DNA of 64,000 nt from the human T2T-CHM13v2.0 reference genome, Homo sapiens, in NCBI RefSeq assembly GCF_009914755.1, contig NC_060941.1, one strand, 5' to 3'. Position numbers and translations under genes: made by a program. Position 1 is the stretch's first letter; every line of letters begins with the position of its first letter. Of this stretch, positions 1 through 11,930 are shown piece by piece. The notes beneath the pieces were generated by a model. It was not told the origin of the DNA, searched no databases, and saw only the letters and a program-made list of their open reading frames with translations.

Positions 1-3000
1 ACAGATGAATCCATACATTGCAAAGAATTTTCACAGACAGCTTTTTCTAGTTATCATCACAGGACATTCTGTTTTTTCATACACTTCTTCATGGGCTCTG
101 AAATGTCCCTTAGTAGATTCTACAAAAAGAGTGTTTTCAACATGCTGAATCAAAATGAATGCTTAACTCTGTGAGTTGAATCCACACATCACAAAGCATT
201 CTCTTATATGGCTGGTTTCTGGTTTTTATCTCGAGATATAAGGTTTTTAAATGTAGGCCTCAACGTTCTCTGAAATGTGTCCTCTTAGATTCTACAAAAA
301 CAGTGTTTCCAACCTGCTGAATCAAAACAAAGTTTTAACTCCATGAGATGAATTGACACATCACAAAGCATTTTCACAGATAACTTTTCTAGTTTTTGTC
401 AAGTGATATTCGGTTTTTCACTAGTGGCCTTTGTGGTCTCCAAAATGTCCCTTCATAGAGTCTACAAAAAGAATATTTCCAACTGGCTGAATGAAAACAA
501 AAGTTCATACATGTGAGATACATCCACATATTGCAAAGCATTTTCACAAATAACTTGTTCCTAGTTTTTATCATGGGAAATTTGGTTTTTCACTATAGAC
601 CTCAATAGGCTCCAAAATGTCCCCTTGTAGATTGCACAAAAAGTGTTTTCAACATGCTAAATCAAAACAAAGGTTTTAATCTGTGATATGAATCCATACA
701 TCACAAAGCATTTCCATACATCACAAAGCATTTCCACAATCAAAACAAAGGTTTAACTCTGTGAGATGAATCCACATGCTGCAAAGTATTTTTGCAGATA
801 GCTTTTTTCTATTTTATGTCATGGGATATTTGGCTTTTCGCTGTGCTGGTCCGTGAGCTCCAAAATGTCCCTTTGTAGATTCTACAAAAAGAGTCTTTAA
901 TCTGCTCAATCAAAACAAATGTTTAACTCTGAGAGATGAATACACCCATCACATATCATTTTCACCGATAGCTTGTTTCTAGTTTTATCACAGGATATTC
1001 AGTTTTTCACTGTAGGCCTCAATTGGCTACAAAATTTCCCTTCGTAGATTCTACAAAAAGTGTGATTCTGGCCTGCTAAATCAAAACAAAGGTTTAACTC
1101 TGTGAGATGAATCCTCACATTGCAAAGCATTTTCGCAGATAGCTTGTTTCTAGTTTTTGTCACACGACATTTGGTTTTTCACTATATATCTCAATTTTCT
1201 CCAAAATGTCCCCTCATAGAGTCTATAAAAAGAGTGTTTCCAATTTTCTGAATCATGATAAAGGATTAACTCTGTGAGATGAATATACACATGGCAAAGA
1301 ATTTTTACAGATAGATTGTTTCTAGTTTTTTTGTTGGGATATTTGGATTTTCACTGTAGGCCTCAATGGCCTCTGAAACGTCCCCACCTAGATGGTACAA
1401 AAGGACTGCATCCAATGTGCTGAATAAAAATAAAGGTTTATCTCTATCAGAAGAATCCAAACATTAAAAAGCATTTTCACAGATAGCTTGTTTCTAGCTT
1501 TTATCATGGGATATTCAGTTTTTCACTAATGGCCCTAATGGGCTCTGAAATGTCCCTTCTTAGATCCTCCAAAGACAGTGTTTCCAACATGCTTAATCAA
1601 AACAAAGGTTTAATTCTTTGAGATGGATCCAGACATCACAAAGCATTTTCAGAGATAGATTTTTTATTGTTTTTATCACAAAATATTCATTTTTTTACTA
1701 TAGGCATCAATGGGTGTGAAATGTCCTTTTGTATATTCTATAAAAAAGTGTCTTTAACCTGCTAAATAAATACAAGGTTTAATTCTGTGAGATAAATCCA
1801 CACATTGCAAAACATTTAAAAAGATAGCTCGTTTTTACTTTTTATTGCAGTATATTTGGTATTTCACTATGGGCCTCAATGGGCTTCAAAATGTTACTTT
1901 GTAGATTTTACAAAAAGAGAGTTTCCAACCTGCTGAATCAAGACAAAGGATTAACTCTGTTAGATGAATTCACACATTGCAAAGAATTTTTACTGATAGC
2001 TTGTTTCTGGTGTTTATCGTGGGATAATCAGTTGTTCATCAACCTGCTGAATCACAAGAAAGTGTAACTCTGTGAGATGAAATCACACTTTGCAAATAAT
2101 TTTCAGAAACAGCTACTTTGTAGTTTTTATCATGGGAAATTCAAATTTTCACTGTTAGTCTCAATGGGCTTTGAAATGTCATTTTGTAGATTGTACAAAA
2201 AGAGTGTATCCAATCTGCTGAATCAAAACAAAGGTTTAATTCTGTGAGATAAATCCACACATTGCAAAGCATATTCACAGCTAGGTTGCTTTTAGTTTTT
2301 ATTGTGGGATATTGGGGTTTTCACTATAGGCCTCAATGGGCCCTGAAATGTTTCTTCGTAGATTCTACATAAAAAGTGTTTTAAACCTGCTGAATCAGAA
2401 GAAAGGTTTAACTCTGTGAGATGAATAAACACATTGCAAAGCATTTTTACAGATAGCCTGCCTCCAGTTTTTGCCATGGGATATTTGGTTTTTCCATATA
2501 GGCTGCAATGGACTCCAAAATATTACTTTGTAGACTCTGCAAACTGCTGAATTAAAACAAAGGTTTAACTCTGTGAAATTGAATCCACACATCACAAAGC
2601 ATTTTCACAGATAGTTTACTTCGGTTTCTTACTGTAGGCCTCAGAGGTTTGAAATGTCTTTTCTTTGTTTCTACGAAAAGTGTGTTTCCAACCTGTGGAA
2701 TCATAGTAAATGTTAAACTCTGTGAAATGAATTCCAGACATTGCCAAGCATTTTCACAGATAGCTGGATTCTAGTTTTTATTGAGGGATATTCGTTTTTT
2801 TACTATAGACCTCAAAGGGCTCAGAAATGCCCATTTGTAGATTTTACAAAAAGAGTGTTTCAAATTTCCTGAATCAAAACAAAGGCTTAACTCTATGAGA
2901 TGAATCTACACATCTCAAAGCATTTTCACAGAGAGCTTGTTTCTACTTTTTATTATATATATTATATATATTTATACTTGGTTTCTCACTGTAGGCCTCA

Positions 3001-5832
3001 ATGGGCTCCAAAATGTTTCTTCGTTGACTCTACAGAAACATGGTTTCCACTCTGCTAAATCAGAAAAAAGGTTTAACTCTGTGAGCTAAATCCACACATC
3101 ACTAAGCATTTTCACAGGTGCCTTGCTTCTAGTTTTTATTACAGGATATTTTGTTTTTCACCCTAAGTCTAAATGGGCTCCAAAATGTCCCTTCTTAGAT
3201 TCTACAAATACATTGTTTCCAACCTGCTGAATCAAAACAAAGGTTTAACTTTGTAAGGTGAATCCACACATGGCAATGCATTTTCAGAGTTAGATTTTTT
3301 ATTGCTTCTATCATGAAATATTTGGTTCATTACTATAGGTGTCAATGGCTGTTAAATGTCCCTTCATATAACCTATAAAACAAGTGTTCATAATTGGCTG
3401 AATAAATACAAAGTTTTAACTCTGTGAGATGAAATCATACATTGCAAAGCATTTTCAGACATAGTTTCTTTTTAGTTTTTATCGACGAACATTCATTTTT
3501 TCACTATAGGCCTCAATGGGCTCAGAAATGTACCTTCACAGATTGTACAAAGTGTATCCACTTGTGGAATCAAAGCAAAGGTTTAGTTCTGTCAGATAAA
3601 TCCTAACATCACAAAGCCTTTTCACAGATAGTTTGCTTGTAATTTTTATCGTCGGATATTCTGTATTTTACTGTAGGCCTCAATGGGCTCTGAAATGTTT
3701 TCTCCTAGATTCTACGAAAAAAAGTGTTTCCAACTCTGTAAGATGCATCTCACATTACAAAGCATTTTCACAGAAAACTTGCTTCTAGTTTTTGCTGCAA
3801 ATATTCAGTTTTTCACTATAGGCCTCAATGGGCTCTGAAGTGTCCCTTTGTTGATTCTACAAAAAGACTGTTTATGAAGTGCTGAATTAAAACAAAGGTT
3901 TAACCCTGTGAGGTGAATCCGCACATCACAAAGCATTTTCACAGGAAGCTTGTTTGTACTTTTTATCGTGGGATATTTGGTTTTTCACTATAGGCCTCAT
4001 TGGGCTTCAAAAAGTATTTTATTAGATTCTATGAAAAACATGTTTCCAACCTGCTAAATGGAAACAAAGGTTTCACTCTGTGAGATAAATACACACATTG
4101 CAAAGCATTTTCACAGATAGCTTTTTTTCTAGTTTTTATCATGGGATAATCGATTTTTCACTATAGGCCTCAATGGGCTTTGAAAAGGCCCTTTGTAGAT
4201 TCTACAATTAAAGTGTTTTCAACCTGTTGAAACAAAACAAAGGTTTAACTCTATGAGATAAATCCACACATTACAAAGCTTTTCACTGATTGATAGGTTT
4301 TTTCTAGGTTCTATCGTGGGATATATAGTTTTTCTTTTTCTTTTTCTTTTTTTTTTCAGGGGACGGAGTTTTGCTCTTGTTGCCCAGGCTGGTGTGCAAT
4401 GGTGCTATCTCTGGCTCACTGCAAGCTCCTCCTCCCCAGTTCAAGCCATTCTCCTGCCTCAGCCTCCCGAGTAGCTGGGATTACAGGCATGTGCCACCAC
4501 ACCCGGCTAATTTTGTATTTTTAGCAGAGATGGGGTTTTTCCACATTGGTCAGGGTGGTCTTGAACTCCCAACCTCAGGTGATCCGCCCTCCTAGGCCTC
4601 CCAAAGTGCTGGGATTACAGGCATGAGCCACCATGCATGGCGGGATATAGAGTTTTTCACTGAATGCCTCAATGGGCTTCAAAATGTCCCTTCATTGATT
4701 CTACAAAAAGAGTGTTTCCAACGTGCTAAATCAAAACAAACAAACAAACAAAAAAAACTTTAACTCTCTGAGATGAATCCACACATCACAAAGCATTTTC
4801 ACTGATAGCTTGTTTCTAGTTTGTACTGGGAATATTTGGTTTTTCACTATAGAACTCAATGGGCTCCAAAATTTTCTTTTGTAGATTGTAAAAAAGGAGT
4901 GTTTCCAACTTATTGAAGCAAAAGAAAGATTTCACTCTGTGAGATTAGCCCACATATCGTAAAGCATTTTCACAGATAGCTTGCTTCTAGTTTTTACCAC
5001 CAGATATTCTGTTTTTCACTCTAGGCCTCCATGGGCTCCAAAGTGTCCCCTTGTAGATTCTACAGAAAGAGTGTTTCCAAACTGCTGAATTGAAACAAAT
5101 GTTTGACTGTGTGACATAATTTTACACATCCCAAAGCATTTTCATGGATAGCTTGTTTGTAGTTTTTATTGCAGGATATTCAGTTTTTCACTATAGACCT
5201 CAATGTGTTTTGAAATGTCCCTTCTTAGAATCTACAAAAAATGTGCTTCCAAATAGCTGAATCAAAACAAGGTTTTAACTCTGTGAGATAAATCAACATG
5301 CAGTAAAGCCATTTGACAGATAGCTTTCATTAAGTTTTTATTGTGGGATATTCTGCTTTTCTCTATAGGCACCAATGGGCTTTGAAACGTCCCTTCATAG
5401 GTTCTACAAAAAAAAAGTGTTTACAGGCTGCTGAATCAAAACAAAGATTTAGCTTTGTGTGATTAATCCAGATATCACAAAGCATCTCACTGATAGTTTG
5501 TTTCTAGTTTTTATCGCAGGATAATTTGTTTTCCACTATAGTCTCAATTGGCTTCTGAATCACCCTGGTAGATTCTAGAAAAAGAGTGCTTCCAAACAGC
5601 TGAATCACAAGAAAGGTTTAACACTGTGAAATGAAACCACAAATCGGAAAGCATTTTCAGTGATGGCTTCTTTGTAGTTTTTATCACGGGATATTCGGTG
5701 TTACACTATAGGCCTCAAAGAATTTTAAATGTCCCTTCATTGATTGTACAAAAAGAGTGTATCCATCCTTCTGAATCAAAACAAGCGTTTAACTCTGTAT
5801 AACAAATCCACACACCCTAAAGAATTTTCACC
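1..5832 (-). repeat. Monomeric alpha satellite, old diverged class, reverse orientation
   Basis: Tandem ~171-172 bp units (AATCAAAACAAAGGTTTAACTCTGTGAGATGAATCCACACATCACAAAGCATTTTCACAGATAGC...) are the reverse complement of an alphoid monomer. The monomers are strongly diverged, with no higher-order period and no CENP-B box seen. The consensus differs from that of the 33-59 kb block (GAAAAACTGAATATCCC...AAGCTATCTGTGAAA versus GAAAAAGGAAATATCTTC...AAGCTTTCTGAGAAA). Confidence 0.95.
4335..4641 (-). mobile_element. Full-length AluS element (AluSp/Sq-like) inserted in alpha satellite
   Basis: Poly-T at the left end and a dimeric Alu body (CTCTTGTTGCCCAGGCTGG...CAATGG; CCTCAGGTGATCCGCCC; CCTCCCAAAGTGCTGGGATTACAGGC). 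17-bp target-site duplication (TSD) GGGATATA(T/G)AGTTTTTC at 4318-4334 and 4642-4658. The subfamily call is from recalled diagnostic positions. Confidence 0.93.
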
Positions 5833-7524
5833 TTATCCCCCAGCAAGGAAACTCTTGTTCTCCCAGCTTCTATCGGAGGGCTGCATGATTCCTGTAGGAT
5901 GAGAAACAGGCAGCCATGTCTGGCTTTTACCTGGTAATCTAGGCTGTTTCCTTTCATCTGCCCATCCTCTCTCATTGTAGAGGGGGTCTTTCACTGGGCT
6001 GTTGCTGGGTGGGACTGCCTCTCACTGGGGATCTTTTGTCTGTCACGGATTTCAGAGAGCAAAAGGGATTTCAGGTAGGCTGGCTGCGCTCCAAGTTGTG
6101 GATAGCGATCTCATTGAGGGGGTTGGGTTAGTTTGCACTTTGCAGGAGACTTTTGGGTCTTCTGACAGGAATCCTTGAACATGGCTTGGACTCCAGCACA
6201 AATCCGCTTGTTCTCCCAGGCAAGCGTTGATTTTTCTTTGCTTTCATGGTGGGTCCACAGTGCCCCTCAACAGCACTCCTAGACACCATTTTCAGGCTTG
6301 CAATTGCCCTAAACGGCCTCTGAGACACCCTCTCAACGTCATCTGCACCCGTGAGATGCTAGTTCGAGGTTTGAGAACACTGCCTCACCTCGGACTTGCC
6401 TTTGTCATGGTTCCTGCCTTCTAGAGTGCCCTGCTGAGAAGCAGGAGCCCCTGCAAGGCCCAGAATGAAGGGACGTAGTGAGCTCAAGGGCCCGGCCATC
6501 TTCCACTGACCCCCGCCTCTGGGGTCTCAGGTATGATTCCATCACGTGGACACCCGTCAACAACTCACCGGACTGTATTTTCATTCCCATGCGACCGGAT
6601 TCTTGCACACAGCCTCTTTCTGGAACAGAGTCAGAAGAGCAATTTCCAGCACCCACCTCACAGTTTCGAAACGCCTCCTCCTCCAGCGGGACCCGACCTC
6701 AGAGACGTGCCGAGGAGGCCTTATTGTCGAGACATTTAGGGTCCCGCAGTGGGTTGTCGCGGGCAGCATTTTCCCGAGACCAGGTGCGCTCTGCCTGCAC
6801 CATTTTCCTCTGCTTAGGTAGGCTGACAGCACTGACAACCCGGCGCCCAAGACTGCTTCACGAATGCGAATGCGTCAGTCTCTAGGCACCAGGCGCCAGT
6901 GGTGAGCAATGGCTCGCGTCACAGTGGCCACCGTTGCCTGGAGACAACTCCCTGCGGCTTGGTGGAGGAGACCTCTGTGGACATGCATTGGTGTTGGACT
7001 CTCGCCTGTGCTCTCTGGGGGATCCACGGGATAGTCCCCCGATTCTAGGAACTGGCAGGGGGAAGCAAGCCTAAAGAAACATCTAGTGAAGCTTCAGGTA
7101 TAAATCGCGTAATTTCTAAGGATCCAAAAGGAACTGCAGGATGCGCCAAGCATGCCTAGTGGTCTCCTTGAGGGGTCTGGGGTGGTTTGCAGTTTGCGGG
7201 AGGCATCTGGGTCCTCTAGCTGGAATCCTTGAACGTGGCTTGGAGTCAAGCACAAGTCCGCTCGTTCTCCCAGGCGGGCCTTGATTTTTCTTTGATTTTA
7301 TGGGGGTTCCACAGTGCCAATGAACAGAACTTGTGGACACCCTTTTCAGGCTTGCAATTGCCCCAGTGGGCCTCTGAGACACTCTCTCAACCTTATCTGA
7401 ACCCGTGAGAGGCCAGTTCGAAGTGTGAGAACACTGCTCCACCTTGGAGTTGCCTTTGTCTTGGTTCCTGCCTTCTCAGAGAGCCGTGCTGAGAACAGGA
7501 GTCCCTGCGAGGCCCGGGATGAAG
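5833..7524. repeat. GC-rich SST1 (NBL2/MER22)-like macrosatellite fragment
   Basis: Motifs such as GATTTCAGAGAGCAAAAGGGA..GGTAGGCTGGCTGCGCTCC and TTGATTTTTCTTTGCTTTCATGG..TCCACAGTGCCCCTCAACAGCAC resemble SST1 as I recall it. An internal diverged direct repeat, 6131-6470 versus 7185-7524 (offset 1054 bp), is seen directly. Confidence 0.6.
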
Positions 7525-9030
7525 ATCTTCTCTCTGGATCCGGAAGAATCATAATATTTATCAACTCTGTAAACTCTCGGGAAAGCACTTGTGCTAGCAA
7601 GGTAACCTGGCCTTTGTGAATTCATGCACTAGTCTCCATTTCTGGGAAGAGCTTCAGCACCAGCAGCACATACCACTGTGAGGGCAAGTGAAAAAGTATC
7701 ACTTTGGGTAGATGGATATAATCCTCCCGTAAAGCTTCATTTGCAAGAAAACCACTATCACCCTTTTCCACCTGTGGAATAAAGATCCTTCTTACATGTC
7801 CAAGATCACCTGTGTTTAACATATTTATGTTGGCTCCCCAGTCATCTCCGTCTTGTTCACAGGCAGTATTTGGGATTGAGATTCGAGATGTAAAAGTAAT
7901 ACTAGATTTTGTATCCCTGTGACCCAAAGACATTGAATGAATATACCTCAAGCCCTGGCTACCTTGCAAAAGGAGAGCCTTCAACTCTGCTTCTTTAAAG
8001 TAATTTATGATTCTGCAGTTTTCATTCACTTCAGTATCAGCTAAATTTCCACCATGACAATATTCATCCTGTGTAAGCATAGGACCATCTTCTGCCCAGA
8101 CAGAGAAATACGGAACTGCATGAGGAAGCCGTCCAGGCACTGCAGTAGAGCCTGTGCTCCTCTCAGAGTTCTTTGCTCACTGCAGAGTCGGCTTAAGGCT
8201 TTCCTGATCACCTAATGTGGTGCATGCACCCATGCTGCCTCTTCACACAGTAAACACAGAACCAAAACCTCCAGAGCAACTTTCTGCAGCTCCTGAAACT
8301 GCTGTGCGCCTTAACCTCGCTTTGCTCTCAGTCACTGCAGTTCTCTCAGCAGGCCACGTTTCATCTCCCAGCTCCTGAGCACTGGCTTCCATGTCTTCAC
8401 TACAACAATCATCCCCATACCCCCAACAGAATCCGGAGTGAAAGAATCCGGAGTGAAAGGATCCGAATTCACTTGAAGTCTGTTGCACATCCAATTCCCA
8501 TTTCCTGATTTTTCTGTATCACGAAGAAGAACGGTCCCAGAGTTTAACAGGGCTGGGATCAATTCTTCCAGCTCTGGAGAGAAAAACCGGGAGTGCAAGT
8601 GGCGGGTGGCAGAGGCGAAGCTTGCAGGAGATCCACTGGGACCCCCGGGATCCCTCAGCGCCCAGCAGGGCCCTCCCCGCCCGGGCCCCCACAGTCCTGC
8701 GAAGCCTCCCCCCAGTGCCCCCAGCACTCGCCAGAACCAGTAGCCCAGGAAGCAGGTGCCGCTGGCCACCAGGAGCCCAAGTACCCTCCCCGCACCAGTC
8801 ACACAGAGACCCGCTGCCAGGCCGGTCAGCGCAGGGCAGGGCCCCAGAAGCTCCTCAGGCTCCAGCTCCAGGGGCTGCTGGGCCTGGCGGGCAAGGTTCC
8901 GCTCACCCCCAGAAAAGGAGACGGAGACCCACAAGGACCTCAGCTTGTCTGGTGCTGGAGGCCTGGGCTGTCAGAATGCCTCTCCGCCTTCCGGCAGGCG
9001 GGAGCCGCATGCGCCCCCTAGTGGCCGCGG
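7520..9030 (-). pseudogene. WEE1: WEE1 processed pseudogene, left copy (3'-truncated, frameshifted)
   Basis: Minus-strand ORF fragments match WEE1 kinase without introns: DTEKSG, PFTPDS, EDMEAS..ELGDET, GFGSVF, YFSVWAED..ML.Q.EYC.GG.LAD, YFKEAELK.LLLQ..GLRYIHSMSL, GDLGHV, QVLSREFTEL...MI.PDPERR. There is a frameshift/stop after GFGSVFT. Homology stops at ERR (~7520). The 5' boundary is approximate, and the symbol given is that of the parent gene. Confidence 0.93.
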
Positions 9031-10669
9031 CCAGAAGCTGTCACATCCCATGGGCGCAGGCGCCTCAGCCCCGCAAGGGGCGGGCTGGAGGTGCCACTCC
9101 CATTCATAGACCAGGAATCAGAGCCCTGGGCTGGAAGAGTCTGGTCAAAATTCTTCCAAACTGAGTGGGGACAGAGACCAACTCACCCCCAGCTGCAGTG
9201 TATGCAGTGTAGACAGATCTGGACTTTAGCCATTCCTGAGCCCCCCCTTGCCTCACCCGTACATGCCCGGCCCACCTTTCCCTTCCTCGCCAGGACCCCA
9301 CATCCCTCCCTCTGAGTCGCTTCCTCTCTGAAACAAATAGTGGTGATAGCGAGTAACACATCAGTAACAAGAAACTAGCAGGTGCTCAGTAAAATGGTCT
9401 ACCCTGGCCTCTTCCACAGTCAAGTGAGCATTAACAGGAAAATGCTCATTGGAAGTGGAGAGTCGCCGGCAGCCCCTCCGCCTCCCTCCGGCTTGGCCTT
9501 CCCGCAGAGCAAACTGGGGCCCAGAAAGGGTGTGGGCGAAGACCCTGTCACCTCCCAGCAGGGGGCGTGCTGCCCGCGGTTTTCGGGATCCTGGGCGTGG
9601 AGCCATCCTCACAGGACCCTCAGAGGTGGAGAGGAGAAAGAGCACACTCATTTGACAGGTGCAGAGACTGAGGTCCGTGGGGCAGGGGTGAGCGGCCCAG
9701 GGCAGCCAGACCTGTGAACAGTAGAGCTAGGATTCCAGCAGGTCCCCAGCCAGTCACTGGGTGAGCCCCTGTTGTGTGGGGATCACTGAGGTGCAGGCAT
9801 TCTGATAACCACCGGCTTGAGGAACTCATGGTGCTCCATCCTGAATTCTGGGGCGCTTTCTAGGATACAATATGGTAAAGGTTGTGTAACATGTGTGAGG
9901 TCCAGCATGTGCACGAAGCAAACAGGGATAGATTGGGGTGGTAGTACAGGGACAGAATCACAGTTGGGACCCTTGAGAAGGCAGTTGGAATTTTTCTGCC
10001 AGAGCAGGAGAAACCCTCTGGGCACCCAGGCTGGCATGTGCAAAGGCGTAGAGGCAAGCTCCCCCTGACACACGGCTGGAGGGGAAGCTCTAAGTGCTGC
10101 GCACAGGCTGTTCACACTGCATCCTTCTCCCTGGACTTGCTCCCCCCACAGCACCTCCATCCTTCCAGTTAGCTATCCAGGCCACCACCCTCACCCTCTC
10201 ACACCCACATCCTGTGGGCCCCACATTTGAGAGACAAGAATTCAGTTGCTTCTCACCCTCCATGGGTGCTCATCACCTGGTCTGAGTCCCCATCCTCTCT
10301 CTCCCCATACTTGGTCTCTGCTTCCATCCTTGACTCCTGACGTCTAATTGCAACTCAATACTAGGTCAGATCATGTCACACTTCTGCTCTGGTGCAAGAA
10401 TTATGTGGTTCCTTCAGTTCAGTGTCCACCAGGATTTGATATTCCCAAGGCACATCTCTCACTCCTTTGTTCTCATTTTACCTTCACACAGGAAAACACT
10501 TTTTCTTCTTGAAGTGTGCTGTTATGTAGCTACTCTTGGCGATGAAATCTCTGTTATTACTTTTGAAATTATTTTAATTGTCTTTATGCCCTAAAGATAT
10601 TTAGCTATATATTCAATGCTAGCTTGAATAATAATTTTTCTAAGCATGCGTTTTGACTTTTTAAAATTT

Positions 10670-11930
10670 AAGATGACATTAGATGATTTTATTATGTACA
10701 TCATGATGTTTTGAACATTCCACATATAGATTGTTGAATGGTTAAATCTAACTATTAACAAATGCATTATCTAAGATCGTTATCATTTTTGTTGTGAGAA
10801 CACTTATCATCCACTATCGTTGCAATTTTCTAGAATGCAATATATCATCAGTAACTGTAGCCACCTTGCTATACAATAGAATTATTGAAATTTGTTTTTT
10901 TCTATCCAGTTTTAATTATGTGCCCTCTGACCAACATCTCCCCATCCTGTTCCCCTCTCTAACCACTCCAGCCTCTGCTCATCGCCATTCTGCTCTCTAC
11001 TTCTATGAGACCAACTAGTTTAGATCCCTCATATGAATGAGATAATGCAGTATTTTTCTTTCTGCACTTGGATTATTTCACTTAATATACTGTCCTCCAG
11101 GATCATCCATGTTGACAGTAATGACAGCATTTTATTCTGTTGTATGACTAACTAAATATCATTCCATTGTATCTGTTTATGTAATACATACATAAATGTA
11201 TGTATACAAGCATATGTAGATATACCATTCTTCAAATATATTATTTTGCATTTATTTTTATTAAAAGTATATTTCTCCCTTATCTAAATGCTGATAAAAA
11301 TATGAGGTATTTTCAGTCCTTCCTCTTAATAAAAGCCAAAGTTAAAGGTCTGTTTCCCTGTTTTTTAATAAGATTCTATTTCTTGCTGATTTTTTTGAGT
11401 TCCCTGCACATTCTGCATATTACTGCTTAATCGTAAGCATGGTTTGGATTTTTTTTTTCCTTTCTGTATAATGTCTGTTTCCTCTGTGGTTTATTTGTTT
11501 TCTTTGCCAAAACTTTTTATTAGTTTAATTCGGTCCCATTTATTTATTTTTGTTTTTGTTGCATTTGCTTTTGGGGTATTTGTCATAAATTATTTATCTA
11601 GGCCAACGTCTGGAAGAGTTTTTACTAGGCTTTTCTTCTAGAATTGTTATGGTTTCAGGTCTTAGATTTAAGTCTCTAATCCACCTGGAGTTCATGTTTG
11701 GATATGGTGAGAGATACAAACACAGTTTCATTCTTCTACATCTGGCCACCCAATTTTCCCAGCACCTTTTATTATGTATGTGTATGTTTTTGTCTAATTT
11801 GTCAAAGGTTGTTATTGTTTGGCTGTATTTGTTAGATTCTCTATTCTGTTACATTGTTGTATGTGTTTATTTTTATACCAGCACAATGCTGTTTTGGTTA
11901 CTGTATCCTTGTAGAATAAATTGAAGTCAA
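10670..11930 (-). mobile_element. Old L1 (L1MA/L1PB-type) 3' UTR and ORF2 remnants; mirrored at ~15380-16490 on +
   Basis: Antisense L1 3'-end motifs (TCTACTTCTATGAGA..., TTATTTCACTTAATATA..TCCTCCAGG.TCATCCATGTTG) and ORF2-antisense motifs (GGTTTCAGGTCTTAGATTTAAGTC, CAATTTTCCCAGCACC, TGCTGTTTTGGTTAC). Boundaries and subfamily are approximate. Confidence 0.65.

Noticed and set aside
695-750. Small local duplications and deletions in monomers (also ~2036, ~36728, ~48145)
   Set aside because: These are routine decay of old satellite and are not informative individually.
7622-8140. 172-aa kinase-like ORF as a functional WEE1 paralog
   Set aside because: It lacks the in-frame Gly-loop and catalytic Lys region, has a degraded catalytic loop, frameshifts before the C-lobe ends, and the copy is truncated at ~7520.
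8332-9829. Dense overlapping GC-rich ORFs (mirrored at 17011-18928)
   Set aside because: They arise from high GC content and out-of-frame or antisense reading of the WEE1 pseudogene 5' region. Their recurrence is due to the inverted duplication.
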